Source of the DNA: Vicugna vicugna
Taxonomy: Eukaryota
Length of the DNA: 64,000 bases
NCBI GenBank assembly: GCA_013265495.1
Contig: MU062074.1
Span: forward strand, 62,001 to 126,000
Reading direction: 5' to 3'
The notes beneath the pieces were generated by a model. The model was not told the DNA's origin and searched no databases. It saw only the letters and a program-made list of their open reading frames with translations. The position numbers and the translations under genes are program-made. This document shows, piece after piece, positions 35,061 through 47,150 of this stretch; the first letter of the stretch is position 1, and each line of letters begins with the position of its first letter.

Positions 35061-35704
35061 GACGTCTACTATTGCTCCCCTAGCTGGGGAAGACGATGTG
35101 CTTGAAAAGGAAGCAAATAGAAAATACAAAATTTTTCTTAATTTTTTAAAAAAGCAAAAATAAATTTAAAAATTAATTTAAAAAAGAAGAAAAGGAAGGA
35201 AATATGGAGAAACCCTGGCAGGGGAGGACTGCAGGACCCAGAAAGATGTGCCTCTGCTTTGGAAGGTCGGGTGGGCTGTGCTGCACAGCAGTGTCAAGTC
35301 CTAGCCTGTGTTGGGCCAAGAGGGGGCCGCAGCTGGCCTGCTGTTTCCATCTGTGTGGCTCTGACAACCGCCAGCATGTGATGTATTGCTAGGCCCAGGG
35401 CGCAGGTGATGAATGTCTGGGGCAGGTCAGTGGTCACAGCAGCTGTTTAAAGAGGCACCTCACGCACCTTGCAGCCTGCAGCCAAGGGCTGAGGCCAGTT
35501 TCATTTGGGGCAAGCTACTAACCTTGTGGGGCCTTACTTATCAGGCTTCTAATCTCCCAGCTCCAGGGAAACTTTCCTCTGCGCACCAGGGGCCATTTCT
35601 CTTCTCTAAACGAGGGTGATGGCAGTTTGCTGGGGTTGCTGTGAGGACTGTGCAGGTAACACGTGCAGATGAAACATGTGTCCATCTCTATGGCAGCCCT
35701 GATG

Positions 35705-35998
35705 GGTACATTGAGATTCATTAGACTATTCTCTCTACTTTGGGGGACATTGAAAATTTTCCATAATGAAAGGTAGAAAAAAATGAATACATGTATGACA
35801 TTATAATGTACTCGTCATTGCTTTGTCAGACCCACAGACTGTACACCACCAAACGAGAACCCTAATATCTACCCTGGGCTTTGGGTGAGGATGTGTCAGT
35901 GAGGGTTGGGTCTGTGGGAGCTGTGTACTCTCTGCTTAACTTTGATGTGAGCCTAAAACTGCTCTAAAAAAGTAAGTTTATTATTAAAAAATGAACAT
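35705..35998 (+). mobile_element. Two L1M 3'-terminal fragments
   Basis: ttcattagactattctctctactttg...ttttccataatgaaa and gaaccctaat...gtgagcctaaaactgctctaaaaaa are typical L1 3' termini. Confidence 0.7.
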
Positions 35999-36678
35999 AC
36001 ATGAAGCTTCTGCCACAGAGCCAGGCTGGGTTTCAGCTGCTGTGATCACCAGTCCCTGGTGAGTGATGTAGGCCCTCCGCACATCTCCCCTTCCTGTCCC
36101 TTGTCCTCCTGGGCATCCCTGGGCCTCTCACTCCTGTTTCTGACCCCAGACCACTTCTGTGCTCCCATGTACTTTTCCAGCAAAACTCCATATAGTTTCT
36201 TGCTGGTTCACACCCAATGAGGGGAAATATTACTATAATCTGCGAGAAATGTGAAAGAGCCCACGTGACTTGGCCTTTTGTAGACCGGATTTCAAAGGCA
36301 TCTGAAGTGGAGTGCTATGAGGAGATCTGCTAGCTCTGGAGGGAGGCTGGGAATCAGAAGAAGGCACCTGGATTGGTTTTAAACCCCATCCCTGTCCCTG
36401 CAGGCCGGTGCTGTGTCTGAGGGAGTCAGCAACTTTCCTGCAAAGGGCAGAACCGTCTTTCCCTTGGTGACTCGGATACCAGCTGGGGAGCCTCTCAACT
36501 CACCACCTGAATCACATCTCGGCCACAGTGGGGCCTGTCAGTGGCAGGAACCCTGGAGACAAAGGCTGCCTGCTATAGGGGTAGGGGGAGGCCAGCTGAG
36601 CCTCTGGGACGTTTCCCTCCCCCAAGGACCCCCCCCCGACTCCCCACTTAATGCACTTCATTCTTTTGGGGCCACTGA

Positions 36679-36684
36679 TTTATT
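36679..36684 (-). terminator. FAM3A: FAM3A poly(A) signal AATAAA
   Basis: tttatt on the + strand, ~540 nt past the stop at 37221. Confidence 0.7.
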
Positions 36685-37220
36685 AAAAGGTCACCTAGAA
36701 GGTGGGCCCTCTGACAAACCGCAGGAGCTGCCACCTGCTGTGCCAGGGACCGTGATCAGGCTTGCCAACTCACCACCCTGCTGGCTTGGCTCCAAGGCAG
36801 CCACCCCTTCCCACAGAGAGTGAGGCTGGAGGCAGCCAGGTTCCCCAAGCAGCCACCAGGTGTGGCTCACCAGAACGAATCACATTAGGTCACAGAGCAG
36901 TGACCCACTCTGGGCTGAAGAGGTTCTGGAAGATGCCCCAAGTGGCTGGGCAGCTGCCACCAGACTTGGGGCTGCAGGTGCCTGGGAACTGGGTTGGGGA
37001 TGAGCAGGGGAGCAACTGCAGGAAAAGGAGACAGGTACCTGGGGTCTCCTGACAAAGTGCCACAGGGCTGGCCATGCAGCCCACACCACTGCTCACGGTC
37101 TGGTCACAGGTTGCTGCCTCAGAACCCCGATGTGCTGGGGCAAGAGAACGTTCCTGGCTGGCCCCGGGGACCAGGCTGGGAGCATGCAGCCTCCCTAGTC
37201 CCGTCTGTGAGCTTGGCCGC

Positions 37221-40200
37221 CTAGCTGGCCGTGGTCCTCCTTGGGATGCAGCCCTCCATCTCCAGCGCCTCGGGCCAGCCTTCATACTTATTGTTGTGCT
37301 TGCTGTTCCTCACGTGCTGTGGGTTGGCGGGAGCAGGAAGTCACCGTCTTAGCCCTTGGGCGCGGCAGACAGACAGAGCTTCCAGTCCCCTTGTGCTGCT
37401 GGCAATCAGGCGTGCTCTCAGGGCGCTCTGTCTGTCCCAGCGTCTCAACTTTCTCATCTCAAAATGCCAATAGCTTCACTAGTGGCAGGGGGGGGGCGTC
37501 AACTTCTTTGAACTTATGGGCCTGGCACGCACCGAGATGGTAGGGAGGGAGCGTGTGTGTCCCTGCCCTCGCCCAGCCCGCAGGGAGAGCAAGGCCAGAG
37601 GGGTGTCTCTTCTCTGGGGACTGAGCTGCTCTTTTTGCAGTCAGAGCCTTCCAGAAACCACTGGATTGGCCTGTTTGCCTTGGCCTGCTGTGGGGAGCAG
37701 GACTTGGAGGCACCATCCCTTTCACTGGGCTGGGAACCTCCCAAAGGTGAGGATGGTGCATGGGGAACAGCTGGCCAGAGGGCAGCCAGGGAGGTGGCTG
37801 TGCAGTGTGAACTGGGGTCCTGGGTGTCGGGAGATGGCATGGGCCTGAGCATCTTGAAGATGTACAGGAGGAGGGTTCCTTAGCTGTGAGTCTTGCCAGT
37901 GCAAAAGCTTTGCCATTCAAAGATTCTTTATGGTGAAATCCACACAGGACAGGAAAGATGAAAGTTACTGTCCTTCCTGTACAGACAGCGAGGGGGCCAG
38001 GGCTGTCCCTGGGGGTGCTGGTGGAATTCAGGGAAGGCTGAGGCAGGAACAGAAAGGGGGCTCAGAGAATGCAGACAGAAGGGGCGGGCAGACCACCCTG
38101 GGCCGGGAAGCAGAGGGGCCAGGCTTTCCCCAGGTACCTGCTCGAAGGGGCTCTTGTTCTGCACACCCTTGGCCCCTACAAACACCCAGCTGTCCCGGAA
38201 GGCCAGATCCTTGACATTCTTGCTGCCCAGATCACTGAAAAGCTTCCTGGTCTCTTCATTCATCCTGCCGCACAGAAGGAAGAGATGTGAGCCATCACCG
38301 AAGAAGGGCCAGGCTGAGGCCGTCCTTGGCAATCACTTACTTGGTGGCTGGGTCATCGTAGGAAGCCACAAATACCAGAGTGCCTTCATGCAGTGGCCGA
38401 ATAAACTTCAGCAGATCGTTGACATCTGGGGGCACAGGTACCATGGGACATGATGCATCAGGCACCACTGAGCAACCCTCCCCCACCAGCCCCTGCTCTC
38501 CAGATGAGGACACCAAAGTAGGGATTGGGCCAGGGACACATCCCAGCAAGGGTCTCCAGGTGAGCATAGGACAAAGTGGTATAAGAAGCCAGGGTCCCTC
38601 CTCCCACCTTTTCTGAACCCAAGAAGGCTGGAGACTCACCTCCCGCCCACATGTCGAAGGCCCGGGCCTCGATGAGCTCTCCACTCACCCCTGGGTTGAG
38701 ATGGAGAGATGGGGTGCAGCTGGGTGAGCCGCCAGAGCGACTCTGATTCCACCCAACCACCCTGACACCCCCAGACCAGGCTCAGGACACAGCAGGGGTC
38801 ACTGGGTGCAGCCCATCTGGAAGCTTTTCAAACGCCCCCCCCATTCGTGTCCACCATGTCCCTTGTTCAGACAGCTGTGACCCTCCAGGTCACATGCTTT
38901 TGTTCACTGGGTCACTTCTGCGGAGCCTTCAACTCGAACAGACCTCTTCCCAAGCCTCCTGGGAACCCTGGAGGAGGGCGGCAGGTCACGGCCCGGCTTT
39001 GCTTTCTTGTCCAAAGTCTGACCTCACATCACGGGGAGCTCACCGTTCACCAGGGCGATGTTCAGTCCACGGCCCACATTGTCCTTGACGCTGCTCATGA
39101 GCCTAGTGGGGGGACAGAAACTTCAAGTGGCATGTCTGCTCTGCCTTCCCTGGAACGGCCCTGGGGCCTTGCAGACCCAGCTTCTGGTAACCGCTCCCCT
39201 CCCACCCTGCCCCCCCCATCTACCCCAAGGAGCTCACATCTTGTCCTCCAGACAGATCTTGGGTCCAATGACGTTGGCAGCCCCGCTGACCATGCGGAAG
39301 GCTAGGTGCTCCTCGGGACACGGCTGAGGCAGGCCACATTTGTACCTCCTGGCCCGCGGCTCTGGGTGGGGACAGCAGGGGTGACCCATGGGTCTGGCCC
39401 TGGGGGAACCTGAGATCTGAGAGGGGGAGGTCACGACCAGCCCATAGGGAGGAACGAGAGAGCACAGAGCAGGCACTGGTCAGTGGAAGGGATGTGGCTC
39501 AGGCCAAGGCCCGGACACTTTCATGGACATGCTGCATCCCACTGGGGCTGGCCAAGGGCAAGGTGATAGGGACCCCAGGGAGGCTTTGCTGCCATTGGTG
39601 GGAGAAGAGTAAGGAGGCAGGAGGGCTGGCCAGGGCTATGGCCCTGCCAGAAGCAGAGTGCAGGCAACGAGGGCAGTGCAGGAGCCCTGGAGAGCACGGG
39701 ATCCCCTCAGGCAGAGGTGGGAGGGCGGTGAGAATGGTCTCTGTGATGGGATGAATTGTGTCCCCACAAACAATGTGCTGAAATCCTAACTCCCAGTACC
39801 TCAGAAGTGACCCTATTTGGAAATAAGAGTCCTTGAAGATATAATTTGTTAAGATGAGCTCATCCTGGAATAGGGTAGGCCCTAAATCTAATGACCAGTG
39901 TCCTTATAAGAGACAGAAGGAGGGGGGAGGTTATAGCTCAAGTGGTAGAGCACGTGCTTAGCATGCATGAGGTCCTGGGTTCAATCCCCAGCACCTCCTC
40001 TAAAAATAAGTAAACCTGATTACCTCACCCCCCCAATAAAATAATTAAATAATACGATAATAAATAGAACATTTTTTTAAATGACACACACACAAAAGAG
40101 ATAGAGGAGGAGACAGACACAGAGGAGAACTCCATGTGAAGATGGAGGCAGAGGCTGGAGAGATGTGGCCACCAGCCTGGAGCACCTCCCAGAAGCTGGG

Positions 40201-43200
40201 AGAGGCAGGAAGGGTCCTCCCCTGGAGACTTCAGAGGGAGTGCAGCCTTCCATATCTAGATTTCGGACTTGGAGCTTCTGGAACTGTGAGAGAATACATT
40301 TCTGTTGTTTAAGCCACCCAGTTTGTGGTATTTTGTTATGGCCGCCCCAGGACATTGACACAGATTTTGATATTGGGAAGCAGGGAGCTGCTGTAACAAA
40401 TCCCTAAAAATGTAGACATGGCCTTGGAACTGGGTAATGGGTAGGGGCTGTAGATTTCCATGTGCATATTAGAAAAGGCCCTGAAGAGACTGTTGGTAGA
40501 AATATGGACATTGGAGGTGATTCTGGTGAGGGCTCATGAAGAGAGAGGAGCAGTACAGAAAGTTTGTATCATCTGGGAAAACATACACCATCGTGACTGA
40601 AATGGCTCTAGAAATGTGAATCCTGAAGTTCTGGGAAGCTCTCAGACAGAAATGAGGACCATGTTATTGACACTGGAGGAAAGGCAGTCCTTGTCATAAA
40701 GTGGCAGAGAACTTGGCCGAATTGTGTTCTTGTGTTTTGTGAAGGTGGGACTTGTAAATGCTGAACTGGGATATTTACCGGAGGAAATTTTCAAGCCAAA
40801 TGTTGAGGGTATAGTTTGGTTTCTCCTTGCTGCTCACAGTGACATGTGAGGGAAGAGAGAGAAATTGAGACAGGAATTGTTAAGCATAAAGGAACCAGAA
40901 TGTGAAGATCTGGAAAATTCTCAGCCTTATCTTATTTCAGGAAACAAGAAAGCATGCTCTGGAGAGAACACCCAGGTTGGACGACAGTCTGTAAAGGGCT
41001 GAGGCATGTCAGCAGAAGTGGGAGCAGAGAGATGAGGTTATCTAGGAAAGATCTGGAGGACCCTTGTGTCTTACAGCTTAGACCCTTATAAACTGCACAG
41101 GAGATCAACAAGGTTTTTGAGAATTTTATACCAGTAGGAACACTGCCAGCCTGGACTGAAAGAGACAGAGAAAGGATGGAAGGAGGAAGGATGATTCCAA
41201 AGGCAGATCAGTGGCTACAGAGGCCAGAGTTGGCACAGGCCCAGGGGGGTGGGCAGGATCGTCCCCTCCATTCCAGAGCCCCCTCCCCCTGCACCCCGCA
41301 GGCCCAGGGATTCTTCTCATGCTTTGAAACCTAATGACATTTGCCCTGCTGGGTTTTGGACTTGCTCGGCACTGATGACCCCTGTAACTCCTTCCATCTC
41401 CTCCCTTTTGGGATGGGAATGCCTGTCCTGTGCCTATCCCACCAGTGCATTCTGGAAGCAGGTAACTTGTTTTCTAGGTTCACAGCATGCATGCAGCTCC
41501 AGTGGGCTGTGATGGCACATTTGAGGAGGGATGAATGGAGAATAGAAGCCCTGGAGGACTGGGGACAGTCAGGGGTGTCACAAAAGTAGTAAGAGGGGCA
41601 GGTACAAGGGAAGAGTGGGGAGGTGACAGGAACCTTACCTGCAGTCACCGAGTTCTCTGGGCCTGTGGGGACAGAGAGTTGTGTCTGTTAGCGTGGAGGC
41701 TCCCCAGGGCCCGCAGCAGGGCAGCCTGGCCCTATGCCATGAAGTCAAGGTGGAGGGTCAGTCAGGCTCAGGGGCCAGGGTCTAAGCCAGGCTGACCTTG
41801 GCACGTTTGTTCCTGCTCAAGTCTAAATGATGTTCAGATGCAAAGCTCTCTGCTCCGGGAAAAGGGTAAATTGGAATTGTAGAAAGTACTTAGATGACGC
41901 ATCACCAGTAACAAGGCATGGAGTCCCCTCCCCGTCTGAAAACCCAGTGGAAATTCCGCAGGGGCAACCAGGGAGTGTCATGCCCAGTGTTCAGGAGAAG
42001 CCCCGCCGCGCCTCACTCAGGTCCCACTGATTCCACCTGAGCAAAGGATTCTAATTAGTAGGGATTGGTGTTTGGAGCCAAAGCAACTGGGTGGCAGGGG
42101 TAAGGCTGTGCTGGGTGCCAGGAGACAGGCTGAGGGCAGCTGGAGGTGGCCTGCCGGATGGCGCGGAAAACCCAGGCCCCCCAACCCCCACCCCGAGCCT
42201 CAGCCTGCAGGCCCAGGTGGCCGCCCTGGCGGGCCTGGTATCGGGGCAAGGGGGAGTCCCACACTCACTGGCGAAGAGTTGCTGGATGCGAGGAAAGCCA
42301 CTGCCAGGCCCACCCAGGAGGATGCTGACGACGATCCAGGTGAGGCCCACAGCGATGACCAGGGCCACGATGCGGAGCGGGCCTGGAGGCAGGGCAAGAC
42401 AGACACGGGCCAGGCCGCCTCAGATGCCAGGGAGCTCCCAAATGACCCTACAGCCTCTCCTGATGGCTCAACCCGTCCCCTTGGGATGGAGTGACTGGAG
42501 ACCACAAAGGTGGGGACCTGTAGCCATTTCCAGGTGTGAGAGGGGGCCTGGAGCTCCTGGCAGGTGGAAGGAGGAAACTGCGTTCCACCTGCAAGGCTCT
42601 CAGCTTGGGTCTCCATGGCAGGTGTGAAGGCCGGTGTGGAGGGGCCTTCCAGCATTCACTGTTCAAGACGGCTCAAGAAGGCCCCTAGCTTCCTGCCTCT
42701 GAGGCTACCAGGATTTTGTGCCCCCCCCATCTTGTCCTCTTTTCCTCCCGTTATGATGGAGAAGGAGGTTCCTACTCCTTTTGAAAATCAGTCAGTCCTC
42801 CCTTCACCTGCTGTGAGCTGGAACTCTGAGCCCTCCCCCCATCCCCCTGCTCAGGTTTCTTATAATAGCGATCATCTTGTCTACTCTTTCCCGTTTTCAG
42901 CATCTTCTGTCCCGTGAAAATGCAGAAGGGAAGGCCTCCTTCTGAATCGCATACCTAGCCAGCCACTGACCTGTCTCTCCTCCCTTTCTCTTCCATGGAG
43001 GCCCCTCCCAAGTCATCAACGCTGCCTCTCGCAGTAGACTTACCCACCTTCCCCCAACTTACTCCAGTCTGGCCTTGCCTCCGTCACACCCCCCAGGACA
43101 GCTTGTGGCCAAGACCGCCTGTGACCTTCTTGGTGTCAGTGTCCTGGGTTCCCTGTTGGCCCTCATCTTCCTTGTCCTCTTGGTCGGCTGCGCGGGCCCT

Positions 43201-43861
43201 CTTGCTGAAACCCTTCTCCAGTGTCCTGCTAGCGTTCAGGACGGCACACACGAACCCCATCTGGACACTCCTCGATGCTTCTTGCTTAGATGCCCCTCCT
43301 CCACGCTCCCCTGGAAAGCTGGACTTTCCCAGGCTTCTGTCCCAGGCTGTTCTCTCTGTCTCCACTCTCCTCCTTTCACTGTCTTTACACCTTTGCTTAT
43401 CTGCTGCCTGGCTTGAATTAACCTCCACAGACCAGTGACTCTATTTGCCTGCCCCAGCCCTGAGCTCTTAGTTGTCCAGGTGACAGCATGGCTGGCACTG
43501 GGTTCATATCCAACCCCAGGGTCACTTTAGTCAGCTCCATCTCCAAGACCACTGCTGCCATGCTCCCTGGAGTCTCTCCACCACAACTCATTTTGGAAAC
43601 GGCAGCCAGTAATCCCAGTTGGGAGAAATCGACTATTGTAATCCTCATCTCACACCTTGGGAAGCTTAAGTCCTCAGAGGTGAAAGGATCTGCTCAAGGT
43701 CATAGAATGAGTCTTTCTGAGGAGTCCTCCATTTCTAAAACCAAACCCAGTGGTCCACCCCTGCCCTTCCAGACAGAGTTCCGGACACCTGGACGTCCGG
43801 CCGGGTCTCCTTTCCAACTCCCTCCCGTTCACTGTGGAAGCCACCCACCTGCCAACCTCAT
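37221..43861 (-). CDS. FAM3A: FAM3 metabolism-regulating signalling molecule A, 230 aa
   Basis: Exons 43861-43849, 42382-42269, 41662-41639, 39361-39238, 39102-39044, 38690-38640, 38425-38341, 38264-38138, 37316-37221 (693 nt): [92 protein letters not shown]...[20 protein letters not shown]. All introns GT-AG. Confidence 0.96.
39742..41500 (+). mobile_element. MaLR element: MLT1 LTR (39742-40362) plus partial internal sequence, antisense in FAM3A intron 3
   Basis: LTR begins tgtgatggga..., contains ggtgtccttataag-type and gaatacatttctgttgtttaagccacccag motifs, ends ...gacaca. It is followed by gattttgat...ggccttggaactgggtaatggg, typical of the start of MaLR internal sequence. Confidence 0.8.
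39922..40060 (+). mobile_element. tRNA-derived SINE, copy 2, nested in the MLT1 LTR
   Basis: ggggaggttatagctcaagtggtagag...ggtcctgggttcaatccccagcacctcc...aaacctgattacctc. Confidence 0.9.
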
Positions 43862-43899
43862 GTCCGCTTCTGCTGGATTGGGGCCGCCGGCAGGTGCAC

Positions 43900-44800
43900 T
43901 GTGTGGGGACCGTGCACTCTGGGGTAACAAAGCAGAAGAGCAGGTTTGGGTGATGAGCCTGTGCTGGGCCCCCGCTGCCGGCCGGGCGTGATTGGTGCAC
44001 CGACTTGTTCGTCCAACTACCTGGCCAGGCTCCTCGGGAACGCGGAGAGAAGCTTTGCCGGTACAGGAGGGGCCTCGGGAACCTGTCGGCTCAGGATCGT
44101 GCCCACCGGAGCCTTTGGGGCTGGGAAGTGGAAGTGGTTCTGCCGGAGGCGGGCCCCTCTGGTGGGAGGCCCAGAGCTCAGGTCGCCCCTTCCGGCCTGG
44201 GGACCGGCGACGAGGGCTGGGCCGGCCGGAGAGTTGCCTGACCGTGGGGAGACGCGAGCTCCTTCGGGGGCCGTCCTGTCAAACCAGCCGCCCCGCTTTG
44301 CTCGGCGTGGTGGAGCGAGGGAGCTGCGCAGCGCGGCCCGAGAGGCCCGGCAATGGCGGCCCGGGGCGGGAGCACAGCCCGCAGGCGCCACCCCCGCCAT
44401 CCATCTGCTGGGGCACAGCAGCCCGGCCACCGAGTGGGAGCGGCCGAGTCGGCCCCGCCCCCGGCCCCGCCCTGGCGTGCGCCCGCTGAGGCTGAGCTGG
44501 CAGGCGGCAGGGTGGGCGGAGCCCCACTCGGCCCCGCCCCAGAGGCCTCCCCTTTGCGGTGGGAGATTCCCGCCTTCCCAGGCTCCGAGGGCTCGGGCCA
44601 TGCTCGCGCTCTGCCGTCGGGTTTCTGAAGCCTAGGAACGGGCGGATGGATCTGGGGGCGTAACTAGAAATTGTTTCAAAGTTAACACGTGTGCCTTTCA
44701 GAAAGCTGGGGGCACAGAAGAGGGAAGACAACAGAATGTGGCCGGCCAGCCTTCCGTGCGCTCCTCCGGTGCGGCGTTTCCCAGGGGGAAGCAGGCTCCC
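43900..44800 (-). promoter_or_regulatory. FAM3A: FAM3A CpG island, promoter and 5' UTR
   Basis: Dense CpG immediately upstream of the ATG at 43861; GC boxes ~44450-44540; TSS not determinable. Confidence 0.7.
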
Positions 44801-45699
44801 GCCTCTGGCGATGGGAAGGGCGTCTCCACCACCCCCCCCCCGCCCCGTGGAAAGAATAAAACCATACGAGCATCTCAATAGATGCAGAAAAAGCTTTGGA
44901 TAAAGCTCAACACCCACTTACGGGAAGTTCCTGCCGGCTCCTCTAGCCTCCCTCAGGAAGGCGCCCCCGACCCTACCCAATGCGCCCTGATCCCCCACAG
45001 CCCTGGGAGAGCTGGGGCCACCCCTATCAGCTGCACCCAGCCTTCTGGAGGGCAGCAGCTGGGCGCCCTGACGATCACACAAACAGCCACGCCCTCTGAC
45101 CCAAAGACCCCGCTTAGGGGGAGCCTTCCTGAGGAAAGAGCCCCAAATACAGACAAGGCTGACAGGGCCAGGCAGTGACAGCGCTCTGGTCAGCATTCAG
45201 TAGTAGTTCCTACACTGGCAGACACAACGCTCCCTCATTTTCCCCACCAAGATCAAGGCGCTAAGTTTCAGGACCCTGGCCTGGGGTTAGTGTTTGGAAT
45301 CTGTCATGGAGTGAAGGATCAGGGGTGATGCTGACCATTTGCCAAACTCTCAGGTATTTGTGGGCAGCAAACTCTGGGCACCATGTCCTCCTCTGTGGTC
45401 CTCCCAGCAATGCTAGTAGTTGTGGGCCCAGTGGAGGAAGCTCCTGACTACTCATGCTCTTGGGTTGCCAGCCAGGCGCAGGGCGTCTGCCAGCCTACCT
45501 GTTCTTAGAGGGCAGTGCTTACATCGCACTCAGAGCAGGCATTTTGGAAAGGTTGTTTTAATGAGTCCCCCAAGGGGCCAGAGGCACCTCCACCAACCCA
45601 AGGGACACCATAGCAGTGATGGCCGGAGGCCTGGGATTCAGTTCCTGGTCTTCTGTGCCTTGTGGGGCAGCCTTGTTCCTCTGGGACTGTTTTGCGATG

Positions 45700-47150
45700 G
45701 GGACATATAGAGGATGAGACCCTCATGTCCATGCCCTGGTGCTGGCACCCAGTGGATGGTGGCTGATGATGTCTCCTCTGGGCCGTTGCACCTGTGCCCC
45801 AGGGTAGCTCCTGTAGCTGAGCTGCCAGGTCACTGTGTTTCCTAGGGTCCTCATGGGCCTGCCCCAGTGGAGGCACCCCAGAGCTGGTGCCCTAAACTGA
45901 TTCTCACTCCCTTTTCAGTGTAGACACCGTGGGGTCTACACCACGGGCTCATGCCCCTGTGCAGGCACCCTGCTTCTGCACCTGGAGCTGAGGTGACAGT
46001 TTAATGGCCTCAGGGGTCCTTCATTTTCCATTTCAACGTAGGTACTGAAGTTTGTGTGTTCAGTTGACTTGCTCGCCTGGGCCCTCGGCTCTCCCAGTCG
46101 CGGGGCCACGCAGAGGTGCAGGGGCACTGGAGTGCTCTCTGCCCCATGTGGCTCCCGTCACAGACTTGTGTGCAGCGTCTTGGGGTGGCAGGTCCTGTCT
46201 CAGAGTAGGGACCCAGATCTGGGGTGACAGCTGAAAGCCCTCGCCTGGCCTGGTCGTCATGCCGTTACCCAAGGTCAGGCGCTGAGAGCTGAAGTGACAG
46301 GTGGCTCTCCACACCTGGGTGCTGAAGCGTCGCCCTGGTCTAGGCCGCCAAGAGTGAGCCGTTAGTTGCTCTTCGAGATCTGGGCCCCATGCCTTGGCTG
46401 CAGTGCAGGTGCCTGGAGCTGAGGGGGCTGTGGGGTGTTGTCGCCTGGGCCTTCCTGCTGGGCCCCAGGGTAGAGATTCAGTGCCAGGTGAAAGGCCTTA
46501 TACCTCAGCACCACCGTCGTCGCCCAGAGCTTAGGTGACAGGTGTCTGTGCTCGCCTGGGGTGGGTTACATCTGCCCCAGGGTAAGCACACTGATGTGAG
46601 GTGACAAGTATCTCTCCTCACCAGCCTGTCATCCCTGTGCCCCACCAGAGGGCCCCAGTGCTGAGGTGAACTTTGTCTCGATTCAGTGAGGCTCTAAGGA
46701 CTGTGTCAGGATGTATTCCCCAGGGTGAGGTGACCCGTGACTGCTTTCACCCGGCCCCTCATGCTTCTCCCTCATTTCAGGTTCCTAGAGCTAAGGTCAT
46801 AGCTCCTTGTCAGGGCCCTGATCTCTGTTACCACAGGCACCCAGAGGTCGGGTGACGGCCATGCGTCTTCACCAGGGCCCTCACATCTCGCCACAGTGAA
46901 GCACCCAGATTGGAGTCTTTGGTTGACTGCCCTGGCCTGGGCTCATGCGTCTGTCACAGTGGGGACATGCCGAGCAGGGTCAGATTGGGAGGTCCCCACG
47001 TTTCCCCTCCTCGCTCACACACCATTATCAAGTGTTAGGGGCCCAGGAGGAGCCAGGTCCCTCCTCTGCTTCGGGCTCCATGCTTCTGAGTGTCCCCCTC
47101 AGTGATGCCATGCCAGTGGGCTCCCCAAGGGACCTGAGTACCGGGAAGGA
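45700..47150. repeat. Degenerate tandem array, ~64-bp period, ~20 units
   Basis: Recurring core cccAGAGCTGAGGTGACAG...tgctcgcctgggccctcatgc; cores at ~45877, 45985, 46214, 46286, 46416, 46525, 46597, 46658, 46721, 46786, 46842, 46905. Confidence 0.7.

Noticed and set aside
34500-35129. 209-aa minus-strand ORF
   Set aside because: Overlaps a decayed MaLR LTR; no protein family signature
39922-40060. SINE heads as tRNA genes (also 19053, 55865, 56207, 63790)
   Set aside because: They have A/B boxes but no full cloverleaf or acceptor stem, and carry SINE bodies, tails and TSDs
45700-47150. ~64-bp periodic array as a CRISPR-like array
   Set aside because: Mammalian DNA, repeats highly degenerate, inter-core sequence is itself homologous between units, no cas-like ORFs
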